From Hydrolagus affinis (Eukaryota): 64,000 bases of DNA. Positions 31,101 to 46,100 of the stretch are shown here, piece after piece (the stretch's first letter is position 1; every line of letters starts with the position of its first letter). The notes under the pieces were generated by a model, which worked only from the letters and a program-made list of their open reading frames with translations, was not told the DNA's origin and did no database searches. Made by a program: the position numbers and the translations under genes. The DNA is taken from positions 1 to 64,000 of the forward strand of contig JAAILG010000810.1 of assembly GCA_012026655.1 (NCBI GenBank), given 5' to 3'.

Positions 31101-34100
31101 AAAGTGTCTGGGCTTCATCCAATCCTTCTGTGTGAAATGGATTGCCAAATCTTTATAGATTCTGGGAGCAGAACTCGTCTATCATTCTACTGTTGATAGT
31201 GGCAGCTCCCACAATCTTATCTAGGATCTTTCACCCTCTCGCTAGTTTGAATTACAATAAACATCTTGCGCCTTTAACCTCAGGAGAGTGGCACAAACTG
31301 CTTCACTAAGTTAAGTAAAGGGTAGAGTGTATTTTGTGGGTGAATGCAGCAGCTGATTAGCGCACAATAATGTCCCAGAAACAGGGAGTGAATGTTTTCT
31401 ACAGTCTTTTTTATGGTATAATGGAGTCTGAATCAATTGATAATCTTTGTACAGAGTGTGCCAGGTGGCTCCAGTATCAGATCCGGTTGCTGGAATGGTG
31501 AATTGTATTGGGAGATACAATTCCCAACTGGTTGGTTGAACGTTCCGGTTGGTTGGGTGCCGGATAACCAAGCTTTTACTGCATTTTGATTTGGATCGTT
31601 GCCACTTTATCATTGTGTCTCAAAACTTTATGGGATTTTCCTGTGAAGAATAGTGTCTGTGTATTGAGATGGCAAATGAGGCAGCCAATTGCGCAAAGTC
31701 CCACAAACAGCCATAAAGTGAGTCACCAGCAAACTACTCCTCAATAGGTATCAGTAAAGTGTGCGACGTTCTCATACAATGGCAACTTGTAAAGTTATAT
31801 AATCTTGCATTTGATTAAGACAGCGCCTTATCACATCAGCGAGAGGTTTTGAAAGTGCTTCACAGAATATACTGCAAAGTGAATTGACTATTTTTGCGGA
31901 CTAGAGTATCCCACAAACAGTTGTGGATTGAGTGACCAAATTATTGTTTTTGGAGGGCTTATTACCCCTGGAAAGCAATCCCTGAATCGATTTACCAACC
32001 AGTTCCCTACGTACTGTTAGGTAAACAGAATTGATTGTATTGATTGTATATTCGCCCACAAATATAGTCAGTTTTCCTACTCTCCTTCATCCTGCCCTGC
32101 CCCGACCCCTCCCCCCCTGCTCTTGTCCTTACCTGATTGTACAGCGCCTTGGGACTTCCTCTCAACATGAAAGGCGCTATATAAATGTAAGTTTTGATTG
32201 ATTGATGATTGAGTGTGTGTGGAGAAACTTGTGAGAGAGAAATACTGTTTGGAACACTGGGATGTTAAGGTGGGAAGAAATGGAAGTGATTAAGAATGAC
32301 TGACAGGATTAATACCGGAAATTGATCTAAGTAGGTTAATAATTTATTAATAGCATTGATTGTATTGTAGGAGATTTTATCATTGTGTTCTTTGAGCTTT
32401 AGAAGTAGTCACCCTCACCTATAAATCCTCCTAGCATCTCCCTATTTCTCTGGTCTTCTGCAACCTCATTCCTCTCTCCAGATAACTTGGGCCGGATTCT
32501 TATGACAGCTGAACTTTCTGAAAGGATTGGTGAAGTCAATAAAAGTTTGATTGAAACATCCCACGTTGATCTCTGAGGCTCCACCCGTGACTGGGGAGAA
32601 ATAGCAATTGCTCTGTGGGAGACCGTGTTCATTTTGCTGCTCTGGAGGCACTGAGGAAACTATTTTCGCTGTTGATTTCACCACCTCTAGAACCACAATG
32701 TTACTTGTTACAGCACAGATAGTACGTCACCAGGCAAGATAGATATAATAATAATAATTCTTGCATTTGATATAGCGCTTTTCACGTCTTCTAGGGGTTT
32801 CAAAGCATTTCACAGACTATAGTATTAGTTTGAAATAAAATATAAAGTGTCTTTGACGAGCAATGAATCTTCAATTAGTGGATGTAACTGCGCATTAAAA
32901 TCCCTTCCCACAGGACAAGAGTCAGTTAGTTCAAATTCACAGTTTCTATACTGTACTGTATGTAAACTTCTTTAAATAACAATCCTTGCTTTTGATAATA
33001 GTATCTACCATGTCAAAAAAAAATCTGGAGAATGTCTTGAAAGAGCTACACAAGATTTACTGCACAGTCTAATGATATTTAAAAAATCTCTTTCCACTGC
33101 AACTAGCGCATGACCAAAATGCACGTAAGTATTTTGTAGGGAACTTTCTTCAGTGAATGTTGTTTGTGTCTATATCTCTAAAAAGTACAGAGTATGATTC
33201 CCTGTGAGCCTCTCCTTGCCTGCCGGACCCATACAAGCTGAAACAAACCTCATTGCCTGCAGCCATGTACTGGAAAATGCTGGAGAATAGTTGCTGTAGG
33301 TGTGGCTGGTAACAGCTGCAATGACTTAGAGGACAGTGTATGTTAGGGCCTAAGTACTGTTGAATCTGATATTTGTGTAGTATTATTTCTCTATCTATTA
33401 GAAAACAACACTTCAAACAGATAATTAGAATGCTCCTTATTAATACGATACTGGTAAAGGAGAGTCAATGGGAGTCACTCTTTNNNNNNNNNNNNNNNNN
33501 NNNNNNNNNNNNNNNNNNNNNNNNNNNNNNNNNNNNNNNNNNNNNNNNNNNNNNNNNNNNNNNNNNNNNNNNNNNNNNNNNNNCTCAAGGACGCCTGTCT
33601 GTTCCCGTGAGAAATGAGTGTTGACCAGACCTTCTTTGAATACCAAGATACTGAGAGTTCTTTTAGTTCAACTAGATCAGTATATGTGTCTGTTTTACTT
33701 TAATGAGGTTAGTAATTATCACAATATTAGTTCTAATTATAATATAGTTTGATCTCACGGGTATATGTTTAATTATACTTCCACAGTACCCAGCACAGTA
33801 TGATTGGAAAAAAGCAAACGATTCACGATTATCAGAAAAGGCTAGTTTGTTCTTTGGTCGGTCATGCACTGGGTCCCGAGTTTATCTCACAAGATCAGAG
33901 AGGTTCAGATGAATATAGCCAATTTGATCTTAATTTCTCCGGAATGCCAACACTATTATCTTTTTCAATATCAAGCTGTTTCTTAAATAACCCCAGTGTC
34001 CCTGTGTTAACCGCTCTTCCTAGAAATCTGTTCTTAACTGCTGATTAATCCTTGTATTTGTAGTGTAGTGTAGCAACCTTTCACTTTGGATGACCTCTGT

Positions 34101-37100
34101 CTGGATGCTTCACAGTATTTACTGTCAGGTCTAATGGCTGAGTATTTTGGAGGTGAATGGAGGGAGTGTGATTCTCTTTGCTTTCAATGGATCCTCCTTC
34201 CAGCAGAGGTCTGAGAAGCAATGAGAGCATTTGTGAATACCATTTGTGCTCCTACTTCAAATTCATAGTTCTTATACTTTATGGAACCTGTGTCAACTTC
34301 TTTTACTAACAATCCTTGTGCTTGATAATATAATAATAATCCTTGCATTTGATATAGCACTTGTTCACGTTCTCGAGACGTCTCAAAGCGCTTCATAGAA
34401 TTTACTCTAAAGTAAATTGACTGTATATTTTGGGGGTGAAACGCGGCAGCCAATTGCGCAGTAGGCAGCAGTGTCCCACAAACAATCGTGGATTGAAATG
34501 ACCAAATTATTATTTTTTTCTTGGGGGGGATCATTATCAGGTATGATGAGTAAGTTAACTTGCCCAAGCATTCATCCTGCCTGGAAATTAACCCAAGTCT
34601 CTCGCTTGCAAGGCTCTAACCACTGAGCTACAGGAATCCACAGTACCTTTGTACCTTTAATGTCGGGGGGGTGGGGGGAGTCCCGACAAGTGACTCAGCC
34701 CCATATTCTAGTGATTCATTGACGAGTGCTAATAATTGAGCCATCTTTCAAATGTTCCCAACTCTAGGAGTTATATCAAATTCAAGGATTATTGGGGTGG
34801 GAGTTAATCTCCTCTCCAATCAGTTTCCCACTTAAAGAGCTTCCTGTTTGATCAGGCTCGTGGTCACCTCCCTGCACTCTCCCCCCCACCTTTGGCTTGT
34901 TGGCAGATTCCCTCAATTGTGAAGCGTTCTGGGACGTTGTTGCTAGTAAGTGCTCACATACTCCCTCGAAGCTGCAGCTTTTCCTATCTGATCCCAGCTG
35001 AATTAAATCTTTTGCCATCTGACTATACGGGACACATCATTCATTCCAACATGGACTTCCAACATGCAACATTTCTTTCCAAAAAGATGCAAGTATTTTG
35101 ATTTTATCAACAGAATGTCTCCCAAATTGTCAGACAGGAATTGGAAGTAACCAGACAGCATAACCCTATGGCCGGACCACAAGGCAGCTGTGTGGTGCTA
35201 GATTGAACACTGAGATGCTGTGCAGTGTTGAAGTGGTTCAGTCATTCCTGTGCTAACATACTGCAGTGCAAGTATTGACCTGCAAGTGAATGCAGGCTTA
35301 CCTCATAAAGTGCTCAAAAGTGAAGTGAAGTCTCCTGTACTGATCGAGCAGGAACGTGTCTTACAATCTGATTAGACAGTATCATGTCTGGGTTTGCCTG
35401 CAAAACCCATGTAGTACAACGTCCATCTCCTACGAACGCCTGCTCCTATAGCTCCTCTGATTGGCACTTAGCTACTGATTCTGGTCAAGCCTCCATATGC
35501 TGTTTTTTTTGGCAAATAATTTTTTGGCTGCAGATAAGTGATTGACGTTCAATTTCCTCCACTGTCTTATTTTGCCTCCGCACTCTGGAACACTGCCCTG
35601 GAGTCCCTCCATCTTATCCCCGACCCACCCTTTATTATCCAAATGAAGAGCACTATAAAAATTATGAGAGGTTATGTTTTGTTTCTGTCACAGTCTTGAT
35701 TTGAGGAACTTCATAATCAACAACACTATTTTGACTGCTTTCATCTATTCCTATATTTGACAAAATGCCATTAGATAGGGCTCTGCTGATGTTCTACTGA
35801 AGTTCCTGTTTCACTGTCATAAGAACATGAGGGGGACCTTCAGCCTACCAACCCTAGTCCACCAGCTTATCAGACCACAACAGATCTTTTAATACATTTT
35901 CCTGACTTTAGTCCAAGCCCTTCATCATCTAAGTAAATCTTTATACATACCATGATTGATATCATGGGCCAATGCATTCAACATTTTCATCACACTTGGT
36001 GCACAGAAATAAAGTTCACTGGTGTGAATGAAATATATGTAAAAGTATATCTAGTTCAGTCAATTGCAAATTCAACAGAATGATTTGTGACCCTTGGGCC
36101 AGGGCTACAAACCAACTAGCTGGAAGCCATTCTAACAAGTTTAGAAATATCACCAGACCTGCAGAAAATATACTTTGGTCCTGTGAAGTAGAGGAGTGTT
36201 TCCTTTTTCTGTCCTCCAGTATTCCTGTTCAGCATCTTGGGACGTCCTGACGATGTGAAAGGCGCTATAATAAATGTAATGTTGTTGTTTATAATGGGTA
36301 ATAAGGTATGTATAAACCATAGAAACAATAAATCAAAAGAAAAATAAAGGAAAAGTATACAATTCCAGATTGTATAACTGGTAATAGTCATACAGGGTTG
36401 TATTAACTGATGTCAAATGACAACCCACCAGGTGACATCAGTCGCAGTTCCTACATGAGGTGACACCACCACAATACGCAGTCCTGTTGAGTACTGTATA
36501 TGTTTTTTGTGCTGCAAGCCTGTGCAGGACTTAGTCAGGATGTTCAACCCATCAATCATCACACACACACACACACAATTGGTAATTTGGTGTCTACCCA
36601 AATTCACAAGTTCAGGGTGCTCAAACGTTACTTTATTTCTTCATCATTTCTTTAAGACTTATTAGATGTTGTAATGGTATCACAACTTTTTGGTCGCCCT
36701 GTACAATTTGGATGTCAGCGTTATCTAATTGCATCTTTGCGAATCTCCTTAACTCCCTGCGGAGTCAAATGTCTAGGTAATTAGCAGTAATGAATTCAAT
36801 ATACAGTTCTCAGGAGGGGAATGAAAGGCATGTCTGCTGAAATTACTCAATGTTTACAAAAGCTATTTCAGTAAGGTGTAAGACACGCACTCTTTAAATA
36901 AAATGAGTTTGGAGGTGGGCCTGATGGATCATCACTTTATACCAGTGCAAACCCTCAGCAGTGGTACGTCCTCCTGAAATGAAAGGCGCTATAGAAATGC
37001 AAATTTGTTGTTGTACATAACCTAAACGATGATAATAATAATAAATTGGTCAGTTCAATCCACGACTGTGGGACACTGGCTATGCAATTGGCTGCCGTGT

Positions 37101-40100
37101 TTCCCCCACAAATTATTTCACTTCATTTCACTTTATAGTATATTCTGTGATGCTCTTTGAGAGCCTTGTTTCAAAGGCGTGAAAAGGCGCTATATCAAAT
37201 GCAAGGATTACTACATTATTATAATAATTATAATTATTATAATATAGTATTATAATGTGACTCATTACCTGTTTCTACATAGCTGTTCAGTGTCGGAGCT
37301 TTGCTCGTCTCCTCTGAAAGCCTTTAGTTTTAAAAATCATAATCATTTTGCATAATGATGTATGTAAAAACTTGTAGCGCACAGGAAAACATCTACAAAT
37401 TTCACACGGGAAAACATCTACAAATCTCATGAGTCTGAGTAGGAGCCTAAACAGTATTGAAGGTGGGAGTGGGAGGTGACAGAAGCAAAGAGGGAGGATG
37501 CACGATAGAGGAATTTAGGGAGAGGAAAGTTTTTGGAAGGAAGCAGAAATAACACTAGAGTTCCAATGTCTCACAATCTTTCAACTGGTCAGATTATAGG
37601 AAAGCGTGAAACGAGAAAACCTCATTGAGCACAGTTGCCAGAATGTAATCCTACCCACCATAGACCCAACCCAAAGCATTTCATCTCCCGAGGAAACTAA
37701 AGATTCTCTTGCCCTCAAATATAAATGGTGCCAAACTACAGAATATCTTGTAACCCTGTATCCTACAACCTCGTTGTGATGTTTTAATGTGTTTCTCAGT
37801 GAGAGTGCTGTCCTCTGATGCACGGTGAAGAAGCCCCAGGCTAGAGGAATCTGAGCCCTCTCCTTGCCTTTGAAATGTCTGGAGTAGCAGTGCGTGGAGT
37901 TTGGGAGCTTGATGAATGGGTTTTGAGGGAAAAGTATTATTTAGAGAGGAAAGTTAATAAATGGGCTGCCAGGTGAAAGCGGCTAAATCCTTTTCACAAA
38001 CCTGCAGTAGTAAATCTTGTTTGGTGGGCAATATAGATAACAGTGGGTTGTGTAATATGCCGCAGACTGGTTTTCAAGATCCAATGATCTTTTGGCACAA
38101 GTACCTGTTTCAAATTTGATCCTTTCTCCCCTGCCCCCCCCCCCCCCACACACACACACACACACAGTGCAGGTGCTGTGTTTTCTGAGTGAATACCTCT
38201 ACTGTTTTGTGACTGGATAAACACTTGTGTCCATTTATTTGTGTGATTATAGTTGTAGTTTTCCTGAATCTCAAACCATTCTGTGCCAGGAAAGTCTTTG
38301 TCTCTATTTCCATCTATAAGTAGCCTCATGGACTTACCTGATTCATGGACATACATACTCTTTTCTTCTCTCTCTCGTTTCCCAAGACCAGAGTTCACAT
38401 TAAAAGCCCTGCTACTATGGTGTCTTAAAATACAGGCGACATTACTTAGTGTATCAGCAAACATGATTTTCGTCTGTTACATTTTCACTCAAGTACTGGA
38501 TACAGTCTATGATAATACAGTACCAATACAATCATACCAGTCATACACTGCTGGATGTATCTGTTCCCCACTGTGTTATGTAGCAATGTTGAATGAAGGG
38601 ACTCCATCCAGTCTGTCCACTGACTGAAGTGTTTTCATTTCTTTCAGGAAGTTCTTGATGTGGAAAAGAAGAATCCCCAGGAGCTAGTTGGTACGTAACA
38701 AATGGCGGGGAAAAGGGGTGGTGGTGGTGGGGGGCACATGGCTGCAACATGCCAAATCAAAGGGAAAATCTTCCTTATTTCGGGAAGAGAATTCCCATTC
38801 TGCACTTGTGTAATCTGCATTTATGATAATAATGCTTGCATTTTGATATAGCGCTTTTCATATCTTCTGGACGTCTCAAAGCGCTTCACACAATATACTG
38901 TAAAGTGAATTGACTGTATATTTGTGGGCGAAACACGGCAGTTGCGCACAACTGGGTCCCACAAACAGTCGTGGATTGAAATGGCCAACTTTTTATTTCA
39001 CTGTTTTTAATAATCTGTGGACGATGGAGTTATGGCAATTAGCCACAGACTGGTGTGCAAGATATGATTCTTCTATTCTGCGTCTATCATAAACAGATTT
39101 AATCAAGGTTCCAAATGAGTCACATGTTTCTAATCACCAAAACCTCAGACAGTTCTTTGCGACATTTCTGCTTTTGAGGGTGTGTTTGTGTGAGACTGTG
39201 CAGCACTTTGTACCTTTCCTTTGTACATTTAAGCTCTGCCCTAAACTTGAATGACCAAGAAGGTGTTACCTTCTACCTTTCTCCGATCACAGCTTCAAGT
39301 GTTTTCAAAAAAATATATATTCAGTGTGTTATCCTCAACTATCCGTTCTTACAACCTGTTATAGTTGGTAATTATCCTCTGAATAAAGAAAAACTTCCTG
39401 GTGAGACCAAGATTGGGCTTTTGTCAACTTGTTCTACAATTTTGGTACATTCTTTACGTATTGTTCTGGTTTTTTTTTAATTTTGTGTAAAATTTGATAT
39501 ACCTCTAGAAGATCCCCTCTGAGACACGTTCTCTCATTATAACAAACCTTGCATTTGATATAGCGTCCTCGAGATGTCCCAAAGCGCTTCACAGAATATT
39601 CTGTAAAGTGAATTGAGTGTATATTTGTGGGCGAAACGCAGCAGCTAATTGCGCATTGCAGTCACCCACAAACAGTCATGGATTGAAGTGACCAAGTTAT
39701 TATTTGTATTTTTTTTCTTGATGGATTATTATCAGGTGTGTGGAGTAAGGAAAGTTGCCCAAGGGTTTTCCCTGCCAGGAATTGAACCCAGGTCTCTCAC
39801 TTCCAAGTGTTCTAACCGCTGAGGTACAGGACTGGTCTATTTGTTGCTCTTAGTTTGTTCTTCTAATACTGACGATCAGATTTGTTGGGCTTCTCTGCCC
39901 CTCTTCTAGGGCCCTTACGTCGCAACCATTAGAACTCTGCCATACTCAAGGTGCAGTCTGACTTGAGCATTACATTGCCTCACTTACATTTGGTAATCTG
40001 AACACAACTGATTTAGCAATCTAGCCAGTGTTTTGTTTGCCAAACAGTGCCAAGTGCATCCGACAATATTCACAATGGGAAGCTACAGAGTTTTAAATGG

Positions 40101-43100
40101 TTAAACTCCAGCAGTAGCCCACCGCACATTCTCGGGGGCTCTTCTTGCTCACCTGACTGCTTATTTTTGCCAGGTTTCATTTGCACGGATTTGTTTTTTT
40201 CCTGAGCCCGTGTATCCTGACGTACTTGGAGTCTATATCAGCAGGATTTTCTGTTACGTTACACTGTCGAATTTGTACCTCGAAGCTTCACATTCTTGTA
40301 ACATGGTGCTGTGTGGCTGCCTGTCGATGACTCAGACTTCTCGCTGTTAGTCGGTCAGGGTGGGGACCCTCAGTAAAAACACTACCTGGGGTTCCATCTC
40401 TTTCACTTGGGTGTGGCAGCTCCCTCCTCTGTGGTTTTGTTGTGTGTGTGTGTTAGACATGCTGATGGCAGGAAGTTGCTAATCTGCTCTGTCACCAGAT
40501 AAATGAATTACTCAGCCTTGTGATACCTCAAAGCTGTTTGAGGTTGAAATCAGCAAGATTGGATGTTGGGATAATGCCAGGGTTAGAGGGTGAGAGCGCC
40601 TGTAATAGTGTTAGTGCGCTGTAGAAAGAAGTGCAAAGCACACAATGTTGCTCTAGCAACCAGTTATGAAAGGCAGGTTTAATCTGCCCAAATACAATTA
40701 TTTACTTTGAGGAATTTGCCTCTGGGTGTGTACACTGTCCGTTTTTGTATTGGCACCAATCCTCCAGAAAATAAAGTTTATAAAGGGCTAAACTGTCTGA
40801 GGAAAGTATTGCAAAACCTACAAGCAGTCACTTGCATACTCGGGAATTCAACCTCAAGTGACTTAAGGTTGATGATTTATTCTCTTGATTGCACACACTT
40901 CTCTAATTAAATGTTTTTAGCTGCTGTTTTTGTCAGGTTTTTTTGCATGATTTACCCACTTAGTGCTGATGGCCTGGTGTGAGCACTGGCTAATGCAAAA
41001 CATTGCTCAGTCCCCCAGCCACTACAGTGACTAAACCACAGGCAATGGACCTGTTTCTTGAAGTCTTGATTAAAACAACCCAAATACTATCTGGATGTCA
41101 TCAGTAATTGAACATATTATTATAATTATTATAAGAATATAAGAATTTGTGAGGCGACAGAAGACCAAAGTCCATCTAGTTCGCCTTCCACCACCCTGAC
41201 AGTCGCTTGACATGTTGCGTCACAAACTATACACTGTACATTCAGGTAATAGTTGTATGATTATTGCGATAGTATTAAAATGATGTTCAAGTAATCTAGC
41301 TATTGCTCAGAAGTCAAGAAGTTAAATGGGGGGAAGGAGGAACATTTGCCTAAACTAAAATAAGGTGTGATCAGGAAGAGACTACATCAACCACGAGTGC
41401 AATATGAGAACATGTTGGTTTGTAGATCAACCATCTTGTGTTGAGAACAAGGTTTTACAAAATTACGGTTATTATTATTATAAAATTGCATTTTGACAGA
41501 GCACAGTAGGGAAAAGAAGCTGTACACTTGTGTGTAACTGAACGTAGGACTTGGTACTGATGCATTCCATCTTTGACATCAGCTTGACTCGTTGTCATTT
41601 TGGAAATCAGAAAGGAGAGTAGGAGGGACAAGGTTCTAGGATGAAACTCCAGTCCGGTGCATTGTTAGATCCTTAGCTGAGATGTTACACAAAGGTCGTG
41701 TCTGCTTGTTCCTCAAGTAGATGTTAAAGATATATTTGGAAAAGAGAATTTAGTTTCTCTCAGTTCTCTAGCCAAGAACTAATTCACCTACAAAAAACAA
41801 GCAATTCCAAAAAATTAGCTGTGCATTGCTTTTGAGTTGTTTTAAGAGTTCTAGCGGCTATATCAAATTTAGAGATCTATAATGCTGTTCACGGATTATT
41901 ATTTATTTGCTATGAAGTACTTTTCAAAATAAAGCGCTATGGACTTGTGAGTTCCTTCATTTTCTGATGTTGCTAGATTGTGAATAAGTTACACCTTAGC
42001 AACCTTGTTGTGTTTGACTCAAGAGAACCCCATTTTAAATTGAGTTTAGAAGTCTCACCATCTGTATGAGGCAAACTAGCACGCGGTATGTTGTTTACAA
42101 ACAGATTCTTGCTCTGAGACGTAGCCAAGAAGGATTCCACAAAGAAAAGGGCTCGGTTGTCTGGCATTATTGGTGTATGAATGTAGTGGGTGAGACAGAG
42201 AGCCCAGTGTTTGACAGGCGTCCACTTGGAATGTCAAGCACTTGTTCCAGTAAAAACTGGTAGCTGAAGCCTACTGGCCAGTGTGACATACCCTTTTTGA
42301 AACGGTATTTGTGTTTTAAAAGCTTGAACCAAAGACCCCAACTAAACCGGAACGTGGCAGTGCAGAGCGTGAGGAACTTGCTTATCCATGCCAGCCATAA
42401 GAGAGTTACATTTTAGTCCCTCCAGAACACACCTGAGTATCCTGTTGTAAATGGGGTGTGAACATGGACCATATGTATTACACTGAGCTTTGGGAATGTG
42501 CTCCTTAATGATGATTTCAGTGTCATTGGCAAAGTACTAACTGATTATGAGCAGCCTCTCCGCTCCTTTCCTAAAAGCAAGAGCTCTTGTCGAAATATTG
42601 TACCATTGGTCTTTATATCAGGCTAGACCATTTCATTTAAGTTCAATCCAATTTCTAGTTAACATAGATGTGAGTATGAACTTTCCAGTAAAGATCACTG
42701 GTTAACAAGGGAGGGCAAAAGTCATGACTGATGGTTTCCTCTTGTAACGGCACTTGTAGTGGACATACTGCAGCTAACTGCAATTAGATAACTCAACACA
42801 GGCCAGGGAAAGCTCCTTACCTTACTTAAGGCCACCTGACTCCTTTGGGGCACAAGGAAGTGAATAAAAGCTGCATATGGTCAGAATGTTTAAGATTGTG
42901 CTTGGATAAATGAGTGTTCCACACATTCATCCTGTGATAACACAGTTTTGTAACCGTGACCTGGAGCCAGGCAGACAGTGCTGACTGCTTCTCGCTGATT
43001 TCTCGTCTGTGTCTATCTCGTCTTCAACCTTCCTGTTGGTGCCTAACTTTGCTGCCTTTCCCAAACTTCTAAAGTTGCTCTAACTGAGTGGAGTCGTCAC

Positions 43101-46100
43101 ATGGTTCCAAATATGTGCATGTACAGCCCCCAACCATTCTACTGGAGATGTGAGTTTTGAGCTTCCAGCAATTTCTGCCGCTTGTGACTTGGCCGCCTGA
43201 ACGAATTGCACTCTGTTTATTGGTGTTATTGCTGTGGGTGAAGGCTGCAAGCTCTGCTGGAATCTGTTGCTGTGTGTGTGTGTCCCCGCGTATATATAAA
43301 CGCAAGAACTTGATGCATTGATGCTCCCTTCAAGCAGGGAACAGCTCTTTATCCCCGTTGTCATGGCAATATAAATGCCAGTCTTTTGTCTGCAACTGTG
43401 CTGATTTTTATTTGGTTCCTTTCAGGGTTTCCTCTATTCAGCCAGTCACTGTTCCTGGCAGAGATCCAATCTCAGTGTACAGTTAGTACAGCTAATTCCC
43501 ACAGTCTGGTGAACACCATGCCTTCCACTCACTCACTGAGGCTGTTCTTATTATACGGTGGGAGTGGGGAGTGGTGAGGGTTGTTGGGGAGAGATGAGAG
43601 TATTTCTGGGTTTGGATGAGTCTGAGTTTGTGTGCAGTGCATCAGGGAGTGGCACTAACCAGAATACCTGACACACAGCAAACCAGTGGAGTCCTGTTTC
43701 CTGCCCACACTAAGATGAGCAACGGAAAGTGTTCTGGTTGATTAGAGATCAATCGCATGACTGTGGTGTGTGAGCATTTCAGTGTCCAAGTGCGCACTGA
43801 TTGCTGATTCAGTTATTATTTACAGTGTAGAGTGTGACTGCAAGGTCCGAGCATTCAGCAGATCAAGTGCTTCAGGCCAACGCACTGAAGCTTTCATTGT
43901 TCTTTGTCCTTTCCCGAAATATGTTGATGATTTAGGTTTTGATTTTGCAGCAAATTTGGATACAGTTTTCAGCCTGGCTTTCTCAGAATTCTCTATTTAA
44001 TCTGCCTTTTCTTCATCTTTACCAGGTCACGCCCCACTGTTCAAAACGTGCCCCTGGGGCGAGATGAAGTGTATTGTGCAGAAGCTCAGACACTGCTTCT
44101 TTGTTGCCTAAACCACACTGAAACTCAACATTTCGGCCTTCTGCTGGAAATGTTCCATTTATATTGAGACAAGGCAGGCTGAGCTGTGTGCTCTATCCAG
44201 CCCACAGTAATATCAAGGCTGGAGCAGGGGTAATGTGACTTTGATCAGCATTGTACTGTGTTGAGTGAATCACTGAGGGATGACGAAAGGCAATCTTTAG
44301 TTGGCTTCCTGTGTGTCATGTTACCTGCTTGCCTCAAAAGATTTAGTGTGTGAGGGGGCCATCGCTGATGGCATTTCATGCAAGACCTCTCCTGTGGAAT
44401 CTACAGTCTATATAGAGGAATCATTGTAGATCCGGGATCTGGCGCAGGCTGTAAAACTGAACAATCCACTATCCTACTCTAGAAAAAACTTTATCTCGGA
44501 AATATGTGTTGAAACGAAGTGAAATAACAAAACCTTTGAATCAAACCTTAATCACCAGCAAGTCATAAACGTGTGAACCACAGGTAGTTTATGAGACTCA
44601 ACTTACACTGATGGTCTTTCACTGATCATAAAGATGTGTAGAATTGGAGAGCACCGAGAATCAATTTCACCAATAAGGATTTGAGAGACACCCACACACA
44701 CAATTTTTTAAGAATGCTCAGATAAGTTCATGTAATTTGCAGATCTGATTCAGCACATTGAGGTGACCTTCAGATTCAAGAATTGTGTTAAAAAATGTTA
44801 CTCAATGTGCGGTCTGTTGAAATAATTTGAGATACGAAGTTATACTTATTGAGTTTCAAGATGTAAAGTTACCCTTGCAGAAATGACTGGTGAAGGTCAG
44901 TGCTAATTCTCAGCTAATTTACAATCACAACAACGGCAAGTTACATTAACATAGAGCACATGATAGTATTCTGAGACGTTAGTCGATATGAAGAACACTT
45001 TATTTTTGCTACATTGTAAGTCGTTGAAAATGTCTATTTATTTCATAAGATATTAGTTTTGTAGACAGCTGATTATTAACTTATTTATAGTTTTAAGTTC
45101 CTGGTCCTCNNNNNNNNNNNNNNNNNNNNNNNNNNNNNNNNNNNNNNNNNNNNNNNNNNNNNNNNNNNNNNNNNNNNNNNNNNNNNNNNNNNNNNNNNNN
45201 NNNNNNNNNCCCCCCCCCCCCCCCCCCCCCTCAGCTCGTGTCTGAAGCAGTGACTGTCCAGCACCTTGGCACGTGCACCTGTCGTGAAAGGTGCTACACA
45301 AATGTCATTTTGTTGTTGTTGTTTTGTTCATCAATGGAATTCATTGAAAATTTTCCATTCTACCCCCTCTTCATTCGTATTTCTTCTGTGTGTATTCCAC
45401 AAAAATAAGAAGGGCTCACAATTTACCACGATCCTTAGGCAAACCAAACCAGTCATAGGATTGATTCACATTAATGACTTACTCCCCCAGGAAATCATGC
45501 GTAGAAGTACAAGGGGAGAATCAAAAGTGCTTCTTCTGATTCTATATTGACACGAATGTGCCAATGGTTTGTGCATGTCAGTAAATTAAGGGTGCTCTTT
45601 CAAAAAATTATTTAATTGCCCAGCGATTCCTCCCAAGGGTATCAGCAATTCATTCACTATTAGCAGAGGATGGGATTTTCATTCAAATCCCATAATTGCC
45701 CAGTGTGGCTCCAGTAATTCCACAACCAAAGATGGGTCATCGTGGAGCCTTGTTCCAGGCGGATGTAGTGACTCGCTCAGCGGGTGGGGGACACGAGAGT
45801 GGGACCATATAAGGAATGTGAGATTCATTTAAACACATCAGATCTGGGTGTGTGTTGGGTTTTTATGCTTGGAGCAGGAGAAGCAGAAAATAATAATCTG
45901 CATTTGATATTGTGTCTTATCACCTCTTCTAGACGTCTCAAAGCAATTCAGAGAATATTCTGTAAAGTGCAGGACTGTTATGTTTTGCAGGCGAAATGAA
46001 GGTACAATAATCCCTCAAAAAAACAATAATAACAAATTGGTCATCTCAATCCATGTTTGTGGGACACTGCTGTGTGCAACTGGCTGCCGCGTTTCATCCT

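Noticed and set aside
42508-42544. C/D box snoRNA (ATGATGA...CTGA)
   Set aside because: Only about 37 nt between box ends, too short for a snoRNA.
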